A stretch of DNA of 64,000 nt from Patescibacteria group bacterium (GTDB lineage Bacteria > Patescibacteriota > Patescibacteriia > 2-01-FULL-39-33), in NCBI GenBank assembly GCA_041662745.1, contig JBAZRV010000002.1, positions 85,785 through 149,784 of the forward strand, written 5' to 3'. The translations under genes were made by a program, and so were the position numbers. The notes below the pieces were generated by a model, which saw only the letters and a program-made list of their open reading frames with translations, was not told where the DNA came from and ran no database searches. This document shows, one piece after another, positions 47,980 through 57,521 of this stretch. Within the stretch, counting starts at the first letter, position 1. The number at the start of each line of letters is the position of its first letter.

Positions 47980-48925
47980 TTATCCTAAAGTGGACATTAT
48001 AATTTGCTCGTATCGCAACAAGGATTTGACAGCTAAATGCCTTGACTCTTTGCTTAATTCTATTTATACTGATTATAGAATTATTTTAGTTGATGACGAT
48101 TCGCCGGACGATTCCGTTGCTTTTTTTAAACAAAATTATCCGACTATCACTATTATTGAAAACTCGATTAATTTAGGCGCCGCCCTGGCCCGCAATGTAG
48201 GTATTGATGCCGGTCAAGCCGAATACGTGGTTACAATGGATAACGATGCTTCACTTTCGCCAGCTTGGCTTGGACAAATGGTGGAATTGATGGATGCTGA
48301 CAAAACAATCGGCCAGGCGGTTGGCAAAATTTTATTTGCTGATAAACCGGACATAATTGCCGCCGCCGGAGGCAGTATGTTTTTTCGCGGTAAAGGATAT
48401 GACATCGGACAAGGGAATGACGCTAATGATGCCAAATATAATCAGCCGAGGAACGTGTTGTTTGCCTGCAGTGCCGCCATGATTGTCCGGCGTGAGATTT
48501 TGCAAGCCGTGGGTGGATTTTATGGCGGTTTTTTCCATGGTTATGAAGATGTTGATTTATCATTAAGAATAAATATTGCCGGTTACCGTGTTTTCTATTA
48601 TCCTTCGGCAACCAGCTATCATTTGATAAGTGCTACGATTGCTGACACGATTAAGCGGCGGCACAGCACTTATTTGTTTATGCGCAATCGTCTTTTAATC
48701 ATGCTGAGGAATTATGAATTAAAAAGCTTAGTGAAGTATTTGCCGCTTAATCTGCGTTTTAATTTAAGATTATGCCTTGACAATCGGGAAAACATTTGGC
48801 CTTTTATCCTTAGTCACTTTTCCTTTATCAGGGAAATTCCTAATATTATCCGAGCGCGCCGTTTATTAAATAAAATTAGAACCGCAACCGACCGGCAACT
48901 GGAATCATTATTTAATCTTGATTAA
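47969..48925 (+). CDS. glycosyltransferase family 2
   Basis: VDIIICSYRN...ILVDDDSPDDS...DNDA GT-A motifs. Confidence 0.75.
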   Translation: MAVNYPKVDIIICSYRNKDLTAKCLDSLLNSIYTDYRIILVDDDSPDDSVAFFKQNYPTITIIENSINLGAALARNVGIDAGQAEYVVTMDNDASLSPAWLGQMVELMDADKTIGQAVGKILFADKPDIIAAAGGSMFFRGKGYDIGQGNDANDAKYNQPRNVLFACSAAMIVRREILQAVGGFYGGFFHGYEDVDLSLRINIAGYRVFYYPSATSYHLISATIADTIKRRHSTYLFMRNRLLIMLRNYELKSLVKYLPLNLRFNLRLCLDNRENIWPFILSHFSFIREIPNIIRARRLLNKIRTATDRQLESLFNLD

Positions 48926-48933
48926 ATTTTATT

Positions 48934-50022
48934 ATGAATCTTTATACTAGACTAAAAATAATTAAACAAAATTGGCCAATAGGCAAGTTCTATTTTTATC
49001 ATCTATTTAGGCGGGATTGGCCGCTTTATAGTTTGATTTTTCAAGTAACCAATCAATGCAACTCTCGTTGCCTAATGTGTTTTAATTGGCAAATTATCAA
49101 TACGGAGACCGATGAGCTTTCTTTGGCGGAAATAGAAAAATTTTCTAAAAGCATCGGTACTGTCAGTAGTGTTATTCTGGGCGGCGGCGAACCTTGTTTG
49201 CGTGTTGATCTGCCGGAAATCTGCAAAATTCTTTATCAAAGCGGCGTCACTAAGAAAATTGTTTTGCCGACTAATTGCCTATTGCCGGATTTGATAATCG
49301 ATCAGACTAAAAAAATATTAGAAATCGCCCCGGTTAAATTGAAAGTTGTTTTATCTTTAGACGGAATCGGAAATGTTCATGATGAAATTCGCGGCATTCA
49401 AGGCAATTTTGAAAAATTTATTGATACTTACAACCGTCTGGAAGAAATATCTCACACCCATGATTTATTGCAGGTTAGCGTCAACACTACGATTTCTGAC
49501 AAAAATCAGGATAATATTTCGGCGATTATTGATTATATTGATCAGCATCTCAAATTCAAATATCATACCGCCGAAGTTATCCGCGGCACATTTGATAAGG
49601 CTAAAATTGGACCGCCGGCCCTGGCTAAATACGAAGAATTAATTGATCAAACTTTACTCAAGAGCCAAACCACCGATCGTGATCCGGCGCATAAATTATT
49701 CTATGCCTATTATCATAAATTGGCGCTAAAAATGATGAAGCGGAAGAAACAAATTTTGCCTTGCCGTTCCTCCTCTTTTTTTCCGGTGATTGACGCTTGG
49801 GGTAATGTTTATAATTGTGAGATGCTGCCTAAATTGGGAAATTTAAGGGGTTATGATTACGATTTAAAGAAAATTTGGCATTCTCCGACCGCTCAAAACC
49901 AGCGTCACAATATTAGAAATAAAAAATGCTGGTGTACCCATTATTGCTATCAATCACCAAACATTTTAATAAGTCCTTGGCATCTGTTCAAGGCGGTTTT
50001 TGGCGATTATTTTTTCAAATAA
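48934..50022 (+). CDS. radical SAM protein with SPASM-like C-terminal domain
   Basis: QVTNQCNSRCLMCFNW; C-terminal Cys-rich CRSS...NCEML...CWCTHYC. Confidence 0.7.
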   Translation: MNLYTRLKIIKQNWPIGKFYFYHLFRRDWPLYSLIFQVTNQCNSRCLMCFNWQIINTETDELSLAEIEKFSKSIGTVSSVILGGGEPCLRVDLPEICKILYQSGVTKKIVLPTNCLLPDLIIDQTKKILEIAPVKLKVVLSLDGIGNVHDEIRGIQGNFEKFIDTYNRLEEISHTHDLLQVSVNTTISDKNQDNISAIIDYIDQHLKFKYHTAEVIRGTFDKAKIGPPALAKYEELIDQTLLKSQTTDRDPAHKLFYAYYHKLALKMMKRKKQILPCRSSSFFPVIDAWGNVYNCEMLPKLGNLRGYDYDLKKIWHSPTAQNQRHNIRNKKCWCTHYCYQSPNILISPWHLFKAVFGDYFFK

Positions 50023-50046
50023 ACTATTGGCCGCTATTTTAAACTT

Positions 50047-51819
50047 ATGGTTGGATTAAAAAAAACGGCAGTTGCTTTTTTAAAAGATAATTATTTAATA
50101 ATTTCAATCTTGGGTTTAGGATTGCTGATTCGGCTGTGGGGCGTGGCGAACGACTTGCCGATGATTTCTACGGTCGCCGATGAATCATTGATGATTTTTC
50201 CAAGTATTGGCATGCTGGCTCGGCATAGCTTTATTCCGGAAGCGACTTTAGGCACTTATTTCCCTTTTCTTCATTATGTGTATATTGTTGCTTTTTTGCC
50301 GCATATATTTTGGCTGTTCATTGTTAACGGCTTTAGCTTTTTAGCCGTTGAAAAATCGATTATTTTTGATTTATCGGGGTTAACATTAATGGCTAGGCTA
50401 TCCTCGATTTTAATGGGTACGGCGACTATCTGGCTAATTTATGCGATTAGTCTAAAAATCTTCAAACGCCAGTTGCCGGCTTATTTAGCTGCTCTTTTCT
50501 TCGCTTTGGATCCGCTCAATGTCGCTTTAAGCCATGTAGCAAGGGTGTGGGGTCCGCAGACTTTCTTTATTTATTTGTCATTATATTTTTCTTTGCGTTA
50601 TTTTGGAGATCAGGATCAAAAGGTGAAGGTTAGAGGATATTTGATTACGGCTATTTTCATACTTTTATCCATCGGCGTTAACCCGCCCGGGATCTTTGCT
50701 TATTTTTTATGGCTGATAATTATAGCTGTTTATCGTTTTAATTTAGATTGGAAAAAATATTTTAAATTTTTATTTAGTAAACCCTCGATTTTTTTCCATG
50801 GTATATTATTATTGGGTGGTGCCGCCATCTTATCGCTGGCCAGCGGTTCTTTGATTTTATTGTATAAAGACGCCTATTCTGTTTTTTTTGATGCCGGCAG
50901 CAGCGCAGTGATTTCCGGACACACAGTTACTCGTTCTGTCTTGCCGCTTTGGCAAAAAATTCTTTTATCGTTCAATACTTTTTGGCAGTATGAAAGCGTG
51001 GCGATTATTCTTTTTATTCCCGCATTATTCCTGATTTTTAGGAAAGATAAGAAACTTTTTTTCTTTTTGTCCTTGTCTTTTTTGGTATTTTTTATTTGTC
51101 TGAATCCGCCTTTGATAAATTTTGTTCGAGCTCGATACTTGGCGACGATGATGCCGTTTATCGTCTTGCCGGCCGCTTGGCTGTCGGCGGAAATATTCCT
51201 TCGGCTAAAAAATAAAAACTTTTTATTAGCCTTAATATTCATCGGGCTAATTGCGGCACCGGCGTTATTTTTGGATTTACGAAATGACTATTTATTGGCG
51301 CGAAGCAGCTCTAACTTGGATCTTTATTATTGGCTGAAGGATAATTTAAAAGCTGATGAGCGAGCCTTTATTTTCGGCAACTATTTGTCTCAAGATCTTT
51401 TGCCTAGTCGAGAATTATTAGCCCAGATCAAAAAGTCGGCTCCGGATTATTATTCGGCACGATTCAAATATTTGTCAGATAACAAGTCCGGGGACTGGGC
51501 GGGTTATAATCTTTACTCGGAAGGTTTTTTATGCCGGTTTTCGCCGGAGCAAATTAAGCAGTTAAAATTTAAATATTTGATAATTTCAGAGAATTCAGAT
51601 TTAGAAATCAATTTAGCCGAATTTAAGATTTGTGGTTTAATACCAGTTGATTTATTTAACAGCAATCCGGTTTTTATTCGAGATACTGCTCCGTTTTACA
51701 AATATTCCCTTACTGATTCCTACTACATCGACGGCAATCTTTTTGCGGAAAGCTATAAGCCGTTGCTGTCAATAAAACAATTCGGGCCGCGAATTAGAGT
51801 TTATCAAATTAATCAATAA
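50047..51819 (+). CDS. polytopic membrane protein, GT-C (family 39-like) glycosyltransferase candidate
   Basis: More than 10 TM helices; N-terminal loop resembles the ArnT/PMT family; C-terminal soluble domain. Confidence 0.5.
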   Translation: MVGLKKTAVAFLKDNYLIISILGLGLLIRLWGVANDLPMISTVADESLMIFPSIGMLARHSFIPEATLGTYFPFLHYVYIVAFLPHIFWLFIVNGFSFLAVEKSIIFDLSGLTLMARLSSILMGTATIWLIYAISLKIFKRQLPAYLAALFFALDPLNVALSHVARVWGPQTFFIYLSLYFSLRYFGDQDQKVKVRGYLITAIFILLSIGVNPPGIFAYFLWLIIIAVYRFNLDWKKYFKFLFSKPSIFFHGILLLGGAAILSLASGSLILLYKDAYSVFFDAGSSAVISGHTVTRSVLPLWQKILLSFNTFWQYESVAIILFIPALFLIFRKDKKLFFFLSLSFLVFFICLNPPLINFVRARYLATMMPFIVLPAAWLSAEIFLRLKNKNFLLALIFIGLIAAPALFLDLRNDYLLARSSSNLDLYYWLKDNLKADERAFIFGNYLSQDLLPSRELLAQIKKSAPDYYSARFKYLSDNKSGDWAGYNLYSEGFLCRFSPEQIKQLKFKYLIISENSDLEINLAEFKICGLIPVDLFNSNPVFIRDTAPFYKYSLTDSYYIDGNLFAESYKPLLSIKQFGPRIRVYQINQ

Positions 51820-51822
51820 AAT

Positions 51823-53547
51823 ATGAATAAATTTGTCCTCACTCCGCTTTGGAAACGGTTGCTATTTAGTCTTTTTTTAATCTTTGCCTTTTTATCGGCA
51901 GTCGGTTTTTGGTATTCCCCGGTGCTGTTTAAAGGTTATTCAACCGAATCAATAGGTGAGGGGATAATCTTAGCCAGAAATTATGTTAAAAGTGGCACTT
52001 TGGGGATAGAGAATGATTTGAATGTGGTGGTGGCTTCTGATTTAGCCAAGACTTCTGTGCATAACAGTTATATCAGCAACGGTTTTAATGCTATTTCCGA
52101 TGTGGCTATTTTTAAATTGTTCGGCTGGCAAAGTTGGAATAATTTAGTTTTGATTTCGGTGGTTATTTATGCTTTAAGTTTGGTATTTCTGGCCATAACA
52201 ACTTATTGTTTATTTGGCTTTCCAATCGCCGTGATTTTTTCTTTGGTGTATATTTTGTTGCCTTTTAGCGGCCAAACTGCCAGAGCCGTCAGTTTATATG
52301 AATTCGCTCAATTATACTTATCTTTATTTATTTTATTTTTCTTCCTTGGCCGCGGTAAGAAATTTTATTATTTGTATTTGGCGATAGCCGGGGTCTTTTT
52401 AAGCCTAGCCTGTTTGTCCCGAGAAACTTTTTTTATATTTTTGCCCATCTTGTTTATTTGGCTGGTTATTTCCGGCAAGAAAAAAGAATTGCTTAGCCTG
52501 TTTATTCCAATCGGCTTGATCCTGTCATTTTTTTGGCTGCCCTCGATGATTGGGCCGGGTAGCGGCAATACTTATGCCAGCCTGTTTGTGGCTCAAGATC
52601 AGAATCAAAGCCAGTGGTCGGAATTTGATTCTTATGGTCATATTTATCCCGATCCCTACACTTTTCATTTTGACCGTCAACAGGTAATTGATCAGATAAA
52701 TACTGATTTAAAAAATAACAATTCCAGTTTTTTATATAAAATCGATCGTTTAAAAGTCGGCAAGAATTCCGGCATTATTGATATCGGAATTTTGGAGCGG
52801 TTAGTAGTTGGAACTTCTATTTTAATCGCTCATTTGTCAAAATTTTTAGCGATTGAATTTATCGGCGGACCGATTATTTTCATTTTAATATGCTTAGGCT
52901 TATTGGAGCTGAAGAAAAAAAACATCAGTTTATATTATTTATTTTTATCATGGCTGGTTGGATCGGTGGTGTTAATGAGTTATGTTGTTTTGTCCAGCCG
53001 AAGCCATTTGATGGATTTTACTTGGCCGATTGCCGTTTTAAGCGCTTTGGGTTTGGCGGGTTTGGTTAAATCAATAACCGATCATTACCAATTTAAAAAA
53101 TATTCCAGCTTGGTCTCTTTAGGTTTAATCGTCTTAACGCTGTATAGTTTAGTGGTGGCTAGCCATGTGTATTTAGGGCGAAGTTATGATGACAATAGGA
53201 ATTTAGTTTTGGATTATTTGGCCCAAAAAATTAATGAAAGGAATATCGGTTCAACCGAAGTCATTGCCGTCGGTGAAAGAACCGCTCATCCCATCTTAAA
53301 TTATTTGACTGATAAATCAATCGTTTATTTTGATCCGGCTACCATTAAAAAAATGGCCCAGACTGGCAATTTACAACAGGCTTTTGATAAATTCAATGTT
53401 AAATACGTGGTTGGCTTTAATAGTTCGACAAGTGATTTGATAACTCAAAAAAGCCAAGCCGTCAATATTGCCGTTTGGCCGGAAACTGGCTTTTTGGAAC
53501 AGCCGGTCGGCTTTAATAAGATGTGGCTGCTTAATATTATCAAATAG
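51823..53547 (+). CDS. polytopic membrane protein, hypothetical (possible GT-C glycosyltransferase)
   Basis: More than 10 TM helices followed by a ~250-aa soluble C-terminal domain; no confident motif. Confidence 0.4.
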   Translation: MNKFVLTPLWKRLLFSLFLIFAFLSAVGFWYSPVLFKGYSTESIGEGIILARNYVKSGTLGIENDLNVVVASDLAKTSVHNSYISNGFNAISDVAIFKLFGWQSWNNLVLISVVIYALSLVFLAITTYCLFGFPIAVIFSLVYILLPFSGQTARAVSLYEFAQLYLSLFILFFFLGRGKKFYYLYLAIAGVFLSLACLSRETFFIFLPILFIWLVISGKKKELLSLFIPIGLILSFFWLPSMIGPGSGNTYASLFVAQDQNQSQWSEFDSYGHIYPDPYTFHFDRQQVIDQINTDLKNNNSSFLYKIDRLKVGKNSGIIDIGILERLVVGTSILIAHLSKFLAIEFIGGPIIFILICLGLLELKKKNISLYYLFLSWLVGSVVLMSYVVLSSRSHLMDFTWPIAVLSALGLAGLVKSITDHYQFKKYSSLVSLGLIVLTLYSLVVASHVYLGRSYDDNRNLVLDYLAQKINERNIGSTEVIAVGERTAHPILNYLTDKSIVYFDPATIKKMAQTGNLQQAFDKFNVKYVVGFNSSTSDLITQKSQAVNIAVWPETGFLEQPVGFNKMWLLNIIK

Positions 53548-53588
53548 CCGAAGGAAGCGGCAGGAGATAAAATGAAATTATAACTGGC

Positions 53589-53617
53589 TTGATTTTTTGT
53601 TAGTTTTTAGTTAAAAT
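53589..53617 (+). promoter_or_regulatory. sigma70-like promoter TTGATT-N17-TAAAAT in the only >100-bp gap of the array
   Basis: Read directly; ~80 nt upstream of the ATG at 53699. Confidence 0.25.
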
Positions 53618-53698
53618 ATGTCTAAGCTTGGGGCAATAAATTGGCAAGATTTTGATTCCTAACCGGGCGCGTTTAAGAAGTTTTATTTGAAAGCTTGA

Positions 53699-55147
53699 AT
53701 GATTTCAGGCTTTAAATCTATGATTGATATCCTCTTAATTAATCCAAATGTGTCAAAAATTTCTGATACCGGCGAAGGCGTATTACCCCCTTTAGGCTTA
53801 TGCTATATTTCCGCTTATGTAAAAAATCAAGGCGGCAAATCGGAAGTTTTAGACGCTAATGTTTTAAATTTGGATGATCATCAGCTATTGCAACTTATTA
53901 AAGAAAAAGCTCCGAGAATAATCGGTTTTACGGCTACAACTCCGCTGATTACGGAGGTTGGCCGGCTTTCGGCTTTAATTAAAAAACAATATGGCGATTT
54001 AATCATTATCGTCGGCGGTCCGCATGTGACGGTATTGCCGGAACTGACATTAAAACAGAATCACGATATTGACATCGTAGTGAGGGGCGAAGGAGAGAAA
54101 ACGACGTTTGAGCTTATTGACCATTTAAAAAAGTCAAGTCAGATTGATTATTCCCAAATTAAAGGCATCACTTATCGCGATTCGATTGGGCAAATAGTTT
54201 CTAGCGCGTCTCAGGAGATTTTGGCTGATTTGAACTCTTTACCCTTGCCCGATCGGAGCGATCTGCCTAATCATAAATATCATCCTTCCATTAAGTGGTT
54301 TAATCGAACCCCCTTTGCGACTGTCATGACTTCGCGAGGCTGTCCCAATGATTGTATTTTTTGCGCTTCAAAATTTATTTTGGGCCGCACGGTCAGATTT
54401 CGATCGCCAGAAAATGTTTTGGAGGAACTGGAGCAATTAGTTAAGAATTACGGCGTTAAAGAAATAATGTTTTATGATGATACTTTCACCATTGATAAGG
54501 ATCGCATTTATAAATTATGCGATTTGATGATTACCAGCAAACTTAATATTACTTGGGGCTGTTTGAGCCGCGTTGATCGAATTGATAAGGATCTTTTGTT
54601 CAAAATGAGGCAGGCGGGCTGCCATATCATGTGCTATGGTGTGGAATCCGGTTCTGAAGAAATGCTCAAGGCCATTAGAAAGAATATTAATTTAAAACAG
54701 GTTAAGGAAGCAATCCTGGCCACTCGGCAGGTAGGCATAGATTGCTCGGCTTCTTTTGTATTCGGCGTGCCGGGAGAAACCGCGGATACCATGAAGAAGA
54801 CCATTGATTTTGCCTTAGAAATTGATCCTTTATTCGCTCAATTTTATCGGGTCGTGCCTTATCCTGGCACTGATTTGTTTAAAATGTATCTGGATAGCCA
54901 TGATATTTCCTCCATTGACTGGGAAGAATTCTTGGAAATCGGCAATGCTGATAAATTAATGAAACTCGACACAATTTCGGAAGAAGAATTCAACCGTCTG
55001 CTTAAGCTCAGTTATTTGCGTTTTTATCTTCGTCCTAAAAAAATCATGCAGTTAATCATAAAGATGGTCTCTCCCTATAAGATTAAGGGAGTTATTTTGG
55101 CCGGCGCGTATTTTATTAAAATACTTTTTGGCAAAAAGAAAAATTAA
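53699..55147 (+). CDS. B12-binding domain radical SAM protein (class B)
   Basis: MTSRGCPNDCIFCASK; N-terminal B12-binding region. Confidence 0.8.
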   Translation: MISGFKSMIDILLINPNVSKISDTGEGVLPPLGLCYISAYVKNQGGKSEVLDANVLNLDDHQLLQLIKEKAPRIIGFTATTPLITEVGRLSALIKKQYGDLIIIVGGPHVTVLPELTLKQNHDIDIVVRGEGEKTTFELIDHLKKSSQIDYSQIKGITYRDSIGQIVSSASQEILADLNSLPLPDRSDLPNHKYHPSIKWFNRTPFATVMTSRGCPNDCIFCASKFILGRTVRFRSPENVLEELEQLVKNYGVKEIMFYDDTFTIDKDRIYKLCDLMITSKLNITWGCLSRVDRIDKDLLFKMRQAGCHIMCYGVESGSEEMLKAIRKNINLKQVKEAILATRQVGIDCSASFVFGVPGETADTMKKTIDFALEIDPLFAQFYRVVPYPGTDLFKMYLDSHDISSIDWEEFLEIGNADKLMKLDTISEEEFNRLLKLSYLRFYLRPKKIMQLIIKMVSPYKIKGVILAGAYFIKILFGKKKN

Positions 55148-56117
55148 TTTTACCATGCTGAAAAATTTTAAAATAAAGAATCTTTTAAGCCTGCTGGGCC
55201 CGATTATTTTGATTTACATCTTGACCAGAATTAATTACGGCTTTTTGTTTGAACAAATAAAATTAATAAAATTGCCGTTTTTGATTGCCGCCGCCATTGT
55301 TGCTATACTGGGAATTGTTTCCCGATCGTTAAAATGGCGTTTAATCTTAAATAATCTTAATATTAAGATCAGCAAGTTGGACGGTTTGAATTTGTTTTGG
55401 CTTGGCCTTTATGCTGGAATAATTACTCCTGGCCGTTTAGGAGAGCTGATCAAGGTTTATTTTTTAAAATTAAGGAACCATGCGCCCCTCCCGTCTTTTT
55501 TGAGCATTTTTGTGGATCGCATGATCGATATCATGTTTTTGCTCGGGTTAGGGTTGCTTGTTTCCATTTTTTATTTAAAGGGCATTGTCATCCAAGTGTT
55601 AGCGCTAATTATCATCCTGATGTTAGCGATTACGTTGTTTTTATTGGTGCTTGATCAGCGCACGGGTTTGCATCGGTTCTTTAATGTTTTTATAAAGAGA
55701 TTTTTCTCCTTTGATTTGGCAAAATATAGCAATTTTACTTTTCTCAAACTATGGAAGGGAATTAAACGGGTAAAAATCGGAGACGTACTGATTTATCTGG
55801 CTTATTTGCTATTCAGTTGGTTCCTTTATTTCTTTTCCAGTTATTTGATTGCCTTGGCTTTGGCTTTAAATTTATCTTTTTTTAATCTTTCCGCGATTTT
55901 AGTGGTAGTGGCGATTGTTTCTATCTTGCCGATCACTATTGCCGGCATTGGCACCCGTGAGGCGGTAATCATATATTTTTTTAGTTTGTTGGGTTTTAGT
56001 TCCGAACGCGCTTTGATTTTTTCTTTTTTTATTTTTATTAATGATCTTGTTACGATCGCCGTGGGTATCATTCCTTATTACCGAGAAAGTATTTTATTAG
56101 GAAAATTTAAAAACTAA
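55128..56117 (+). CDS. lysylphosphatidylglycerol-synthase-TM-region (UPF0104) flippase-like membrane protein
   Basis: 8 TM helices; ILPITIAGIGTREAVIIYFF matches the GxGxRE motif of the UPF0104/LPG_synthase_TM family. Confidence 0.5.
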   Translation: MAKRKINFTMLKNFKIKNLLSLLGPIILIYILTRINYGFLFEQIKLIKLPFLIAAAIVAILGIVSRSLKWRLILNNLNIKISKLDGLNLFWLGLYAGIITPGRLGELIKVYFLKLRNHAPLPSFLSIFVDRMIDIMFLLGLGLLVSIFYLKGIVIQVLALIIILMLAITLFLLVLDQRTGLHRFFNVFIKRFFSFDLAKYSNFTFLKLWKGIKRVKIGDVLIYLAYLLFSWFLYFFSSYLIALALALNLSFFNLSAILVVVAIVSILPITIAGIGTREAVIIYFFSLLGFSSERALIFSFFIFINDLVTIAVGIIPYYRESILLGKFKN

Positions 56118-56122
56118 GATAT

Positions 56123-56770
56123 ATGATATTTCAAAATAAATATTGGGAGCGGAGAGTTTTAAATAAAAGAAGGCAACCATTTAACGAAGTAGTACGGTGT
56201 TATGTTTTTCCAAAAATATGTCAAATTTTAAAAGTAATCCCGATAAATAAAAATACTCAACTTTTAGATGTGGGGTGTGGAAATGGATTCTATAGTTATT
56301 ATTTTAATGAGATATGCGATGTTACTGGAATAGATTATTCCCATGAACTTATTAGACAAAATCCGATAAAAAAAACAATTCTTATGGACGCAAATGATAT
56401 TAGGTTTGCTGATGATTCTTTTGATATAACATTCTGTGGCGCGTTACTTCATCACGTGTTAAATGAAAAAAGAGTTATTAATGAAATGAAAAGAGTGTCT
56501 AAGGAGTATGTTATTATTATCGAACCAAATAGGAATAATCCATTTTTATTTTTATTTTCACTTTTTGTAAAGGAGGAAAATAAAGCATTGAGGTATTCTA
56601 TGAAGTATTTAAAAAAAATGGTTAAAGATTGTGATTTAAAAATAATATCAACATTCTCACATGGATTAATAGTGCCAAATAAAACTCCAAGAATTTTATT
56701 ACCAATATTAAAATATTTTGAGATTAAATATCCATTAGGTATGATGAATATACTAATTTGTAAAAAATAA
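56123..56770 (+). CDS. class I SAM-dependent methyltransferase (AT-rich gene)
   Basis: LLDVGCGNGFYSYYF motif I. GC is markedly lower than its neighbours. Confidence 0.65.
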   Translation: MIFQNKYWERRVLNKRRQPFNEVVRCYVFPKICQILKVIPINKNTQLLDVGCGNGFYSYYFNEICDVTGIDYSHELIRQNPIKKTILMDANDIRFADDSFDITFCGALLHHVLNEKRVINEMKRVSKEYVIIIEPNRNNPFLFLFSLFVKEENKALRYSMKYLKKMVKDCDLKIISTFSHGLIVPNKTPRILLPILKYFEIKYPLGMMNILICKK

Positions 56771-56793
56771 ACGCAAAGGTATTTTTTTATCAA

Positions 56794-57495
56794 TTATTTT
56801 TTACCCAAACAAATTATGTTTGGGTAAAAAAATAATTGAGTCGGCAGATCATGGATTTCAATAGAATGCCAACCGGTTTTCTCTAATATTTTTTTGTATT
56901 CTGAACTTCGATAATAATGCGGTTTATTTATTCTATGGCCAAAAATTTTGCTGGAGGCTTTGTCGGCGGAGAAGAAATGGAAAAAAGCAACAAGCTTTTC
57001 AATGATGAGCGAGCTGGAGATGGAAAGCAGATAACGGAAGAAGCGATCCCGACTCATGGTTTTAATAATAATGACCCCATTCGGTTTGGTTTTTTTTCGG
57101 CAATCTTCTAGCATATTCAGGACTTCTTGGCGGGACATTAAAACCTCCACATCAATGACGATTGTGGCGTCGAACTCCTCTTCTTGCAGACTCCCGACTT
57201 CCGTTTGGATAAATGTTAAATTTTCAGGCTTGAATGATACCTGATTCGCTTGCTTGATGCGATCGGCTGAAGGGTCAATGGCCACTACTTTTAAGGTGGG
57301 TCGTTTAAAAGCGAAAAAATAGGAAAAAACTCCGAACCCGCAACCCAGGTCAAGCAATTTTCCGCTGGTCGGCACGTATTGGGAAATTGTTTCCAGCGGC
57401 GTTGTCGTGAATCTGACGAAGGTAATTAATTTTTCTACCGCTCCCAATCCGAGATAATTATTTTTTATCTGTTGGTATTCTTTTTGGAATCTCAT
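56794..57495 (-). CDS. class I SAM-dependent methyltransferase (paralog of 56123..56770)
   Basis: LLDLGCGFGVFSYFF motif I. Confidence 0.65.
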   Translation of the reverse strand: MRFQKEYQQIKNNYLGLGAVEKLITFVRFTTTPLETISQYVPTSGKLLDLGCGFGVFSYFFAFKRPTLKVVAIDPSADRIKQANQVSFKPENLTFIQTEVGSLQEEEFDATIVIDVEVLMSRQEVLNMLEDCRKKTKPNGVIIIKTMSRDRFFRYLLSISSSLIIEKLVAFFHFFSADKASSKIFGHRINKPHYYRSSEYKKILEKTGWHSIEIHDLPTQLFFYPNIICLGKK

Positions 57496-57521
57496 AAATA
57501 ATATTTTTCTAAAATGAATTT

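Noticed and set aside
47162-49642. Internal ORFs 47162..47497, 48214..48611, 49373..49642
   Set aside because: Alternative or antisense frames within confidently assigned GT4, GT2 and radical SAM genes.
56796-56832. Perfect palindrome tacccaaaca-aatta-tgtttgggta between the convergent methyltransferase genes, considered as a bidirectional terminator
   Set aside because: The T-tract precedes the stem and the A-tract follows it, the opposite of the A-stem-T geometry needed, so neither transcript ends in a U-tract. It also lies inside the 3' coding end of ORF 56794..57495. Kept only as a possible recombination joint (see findings).
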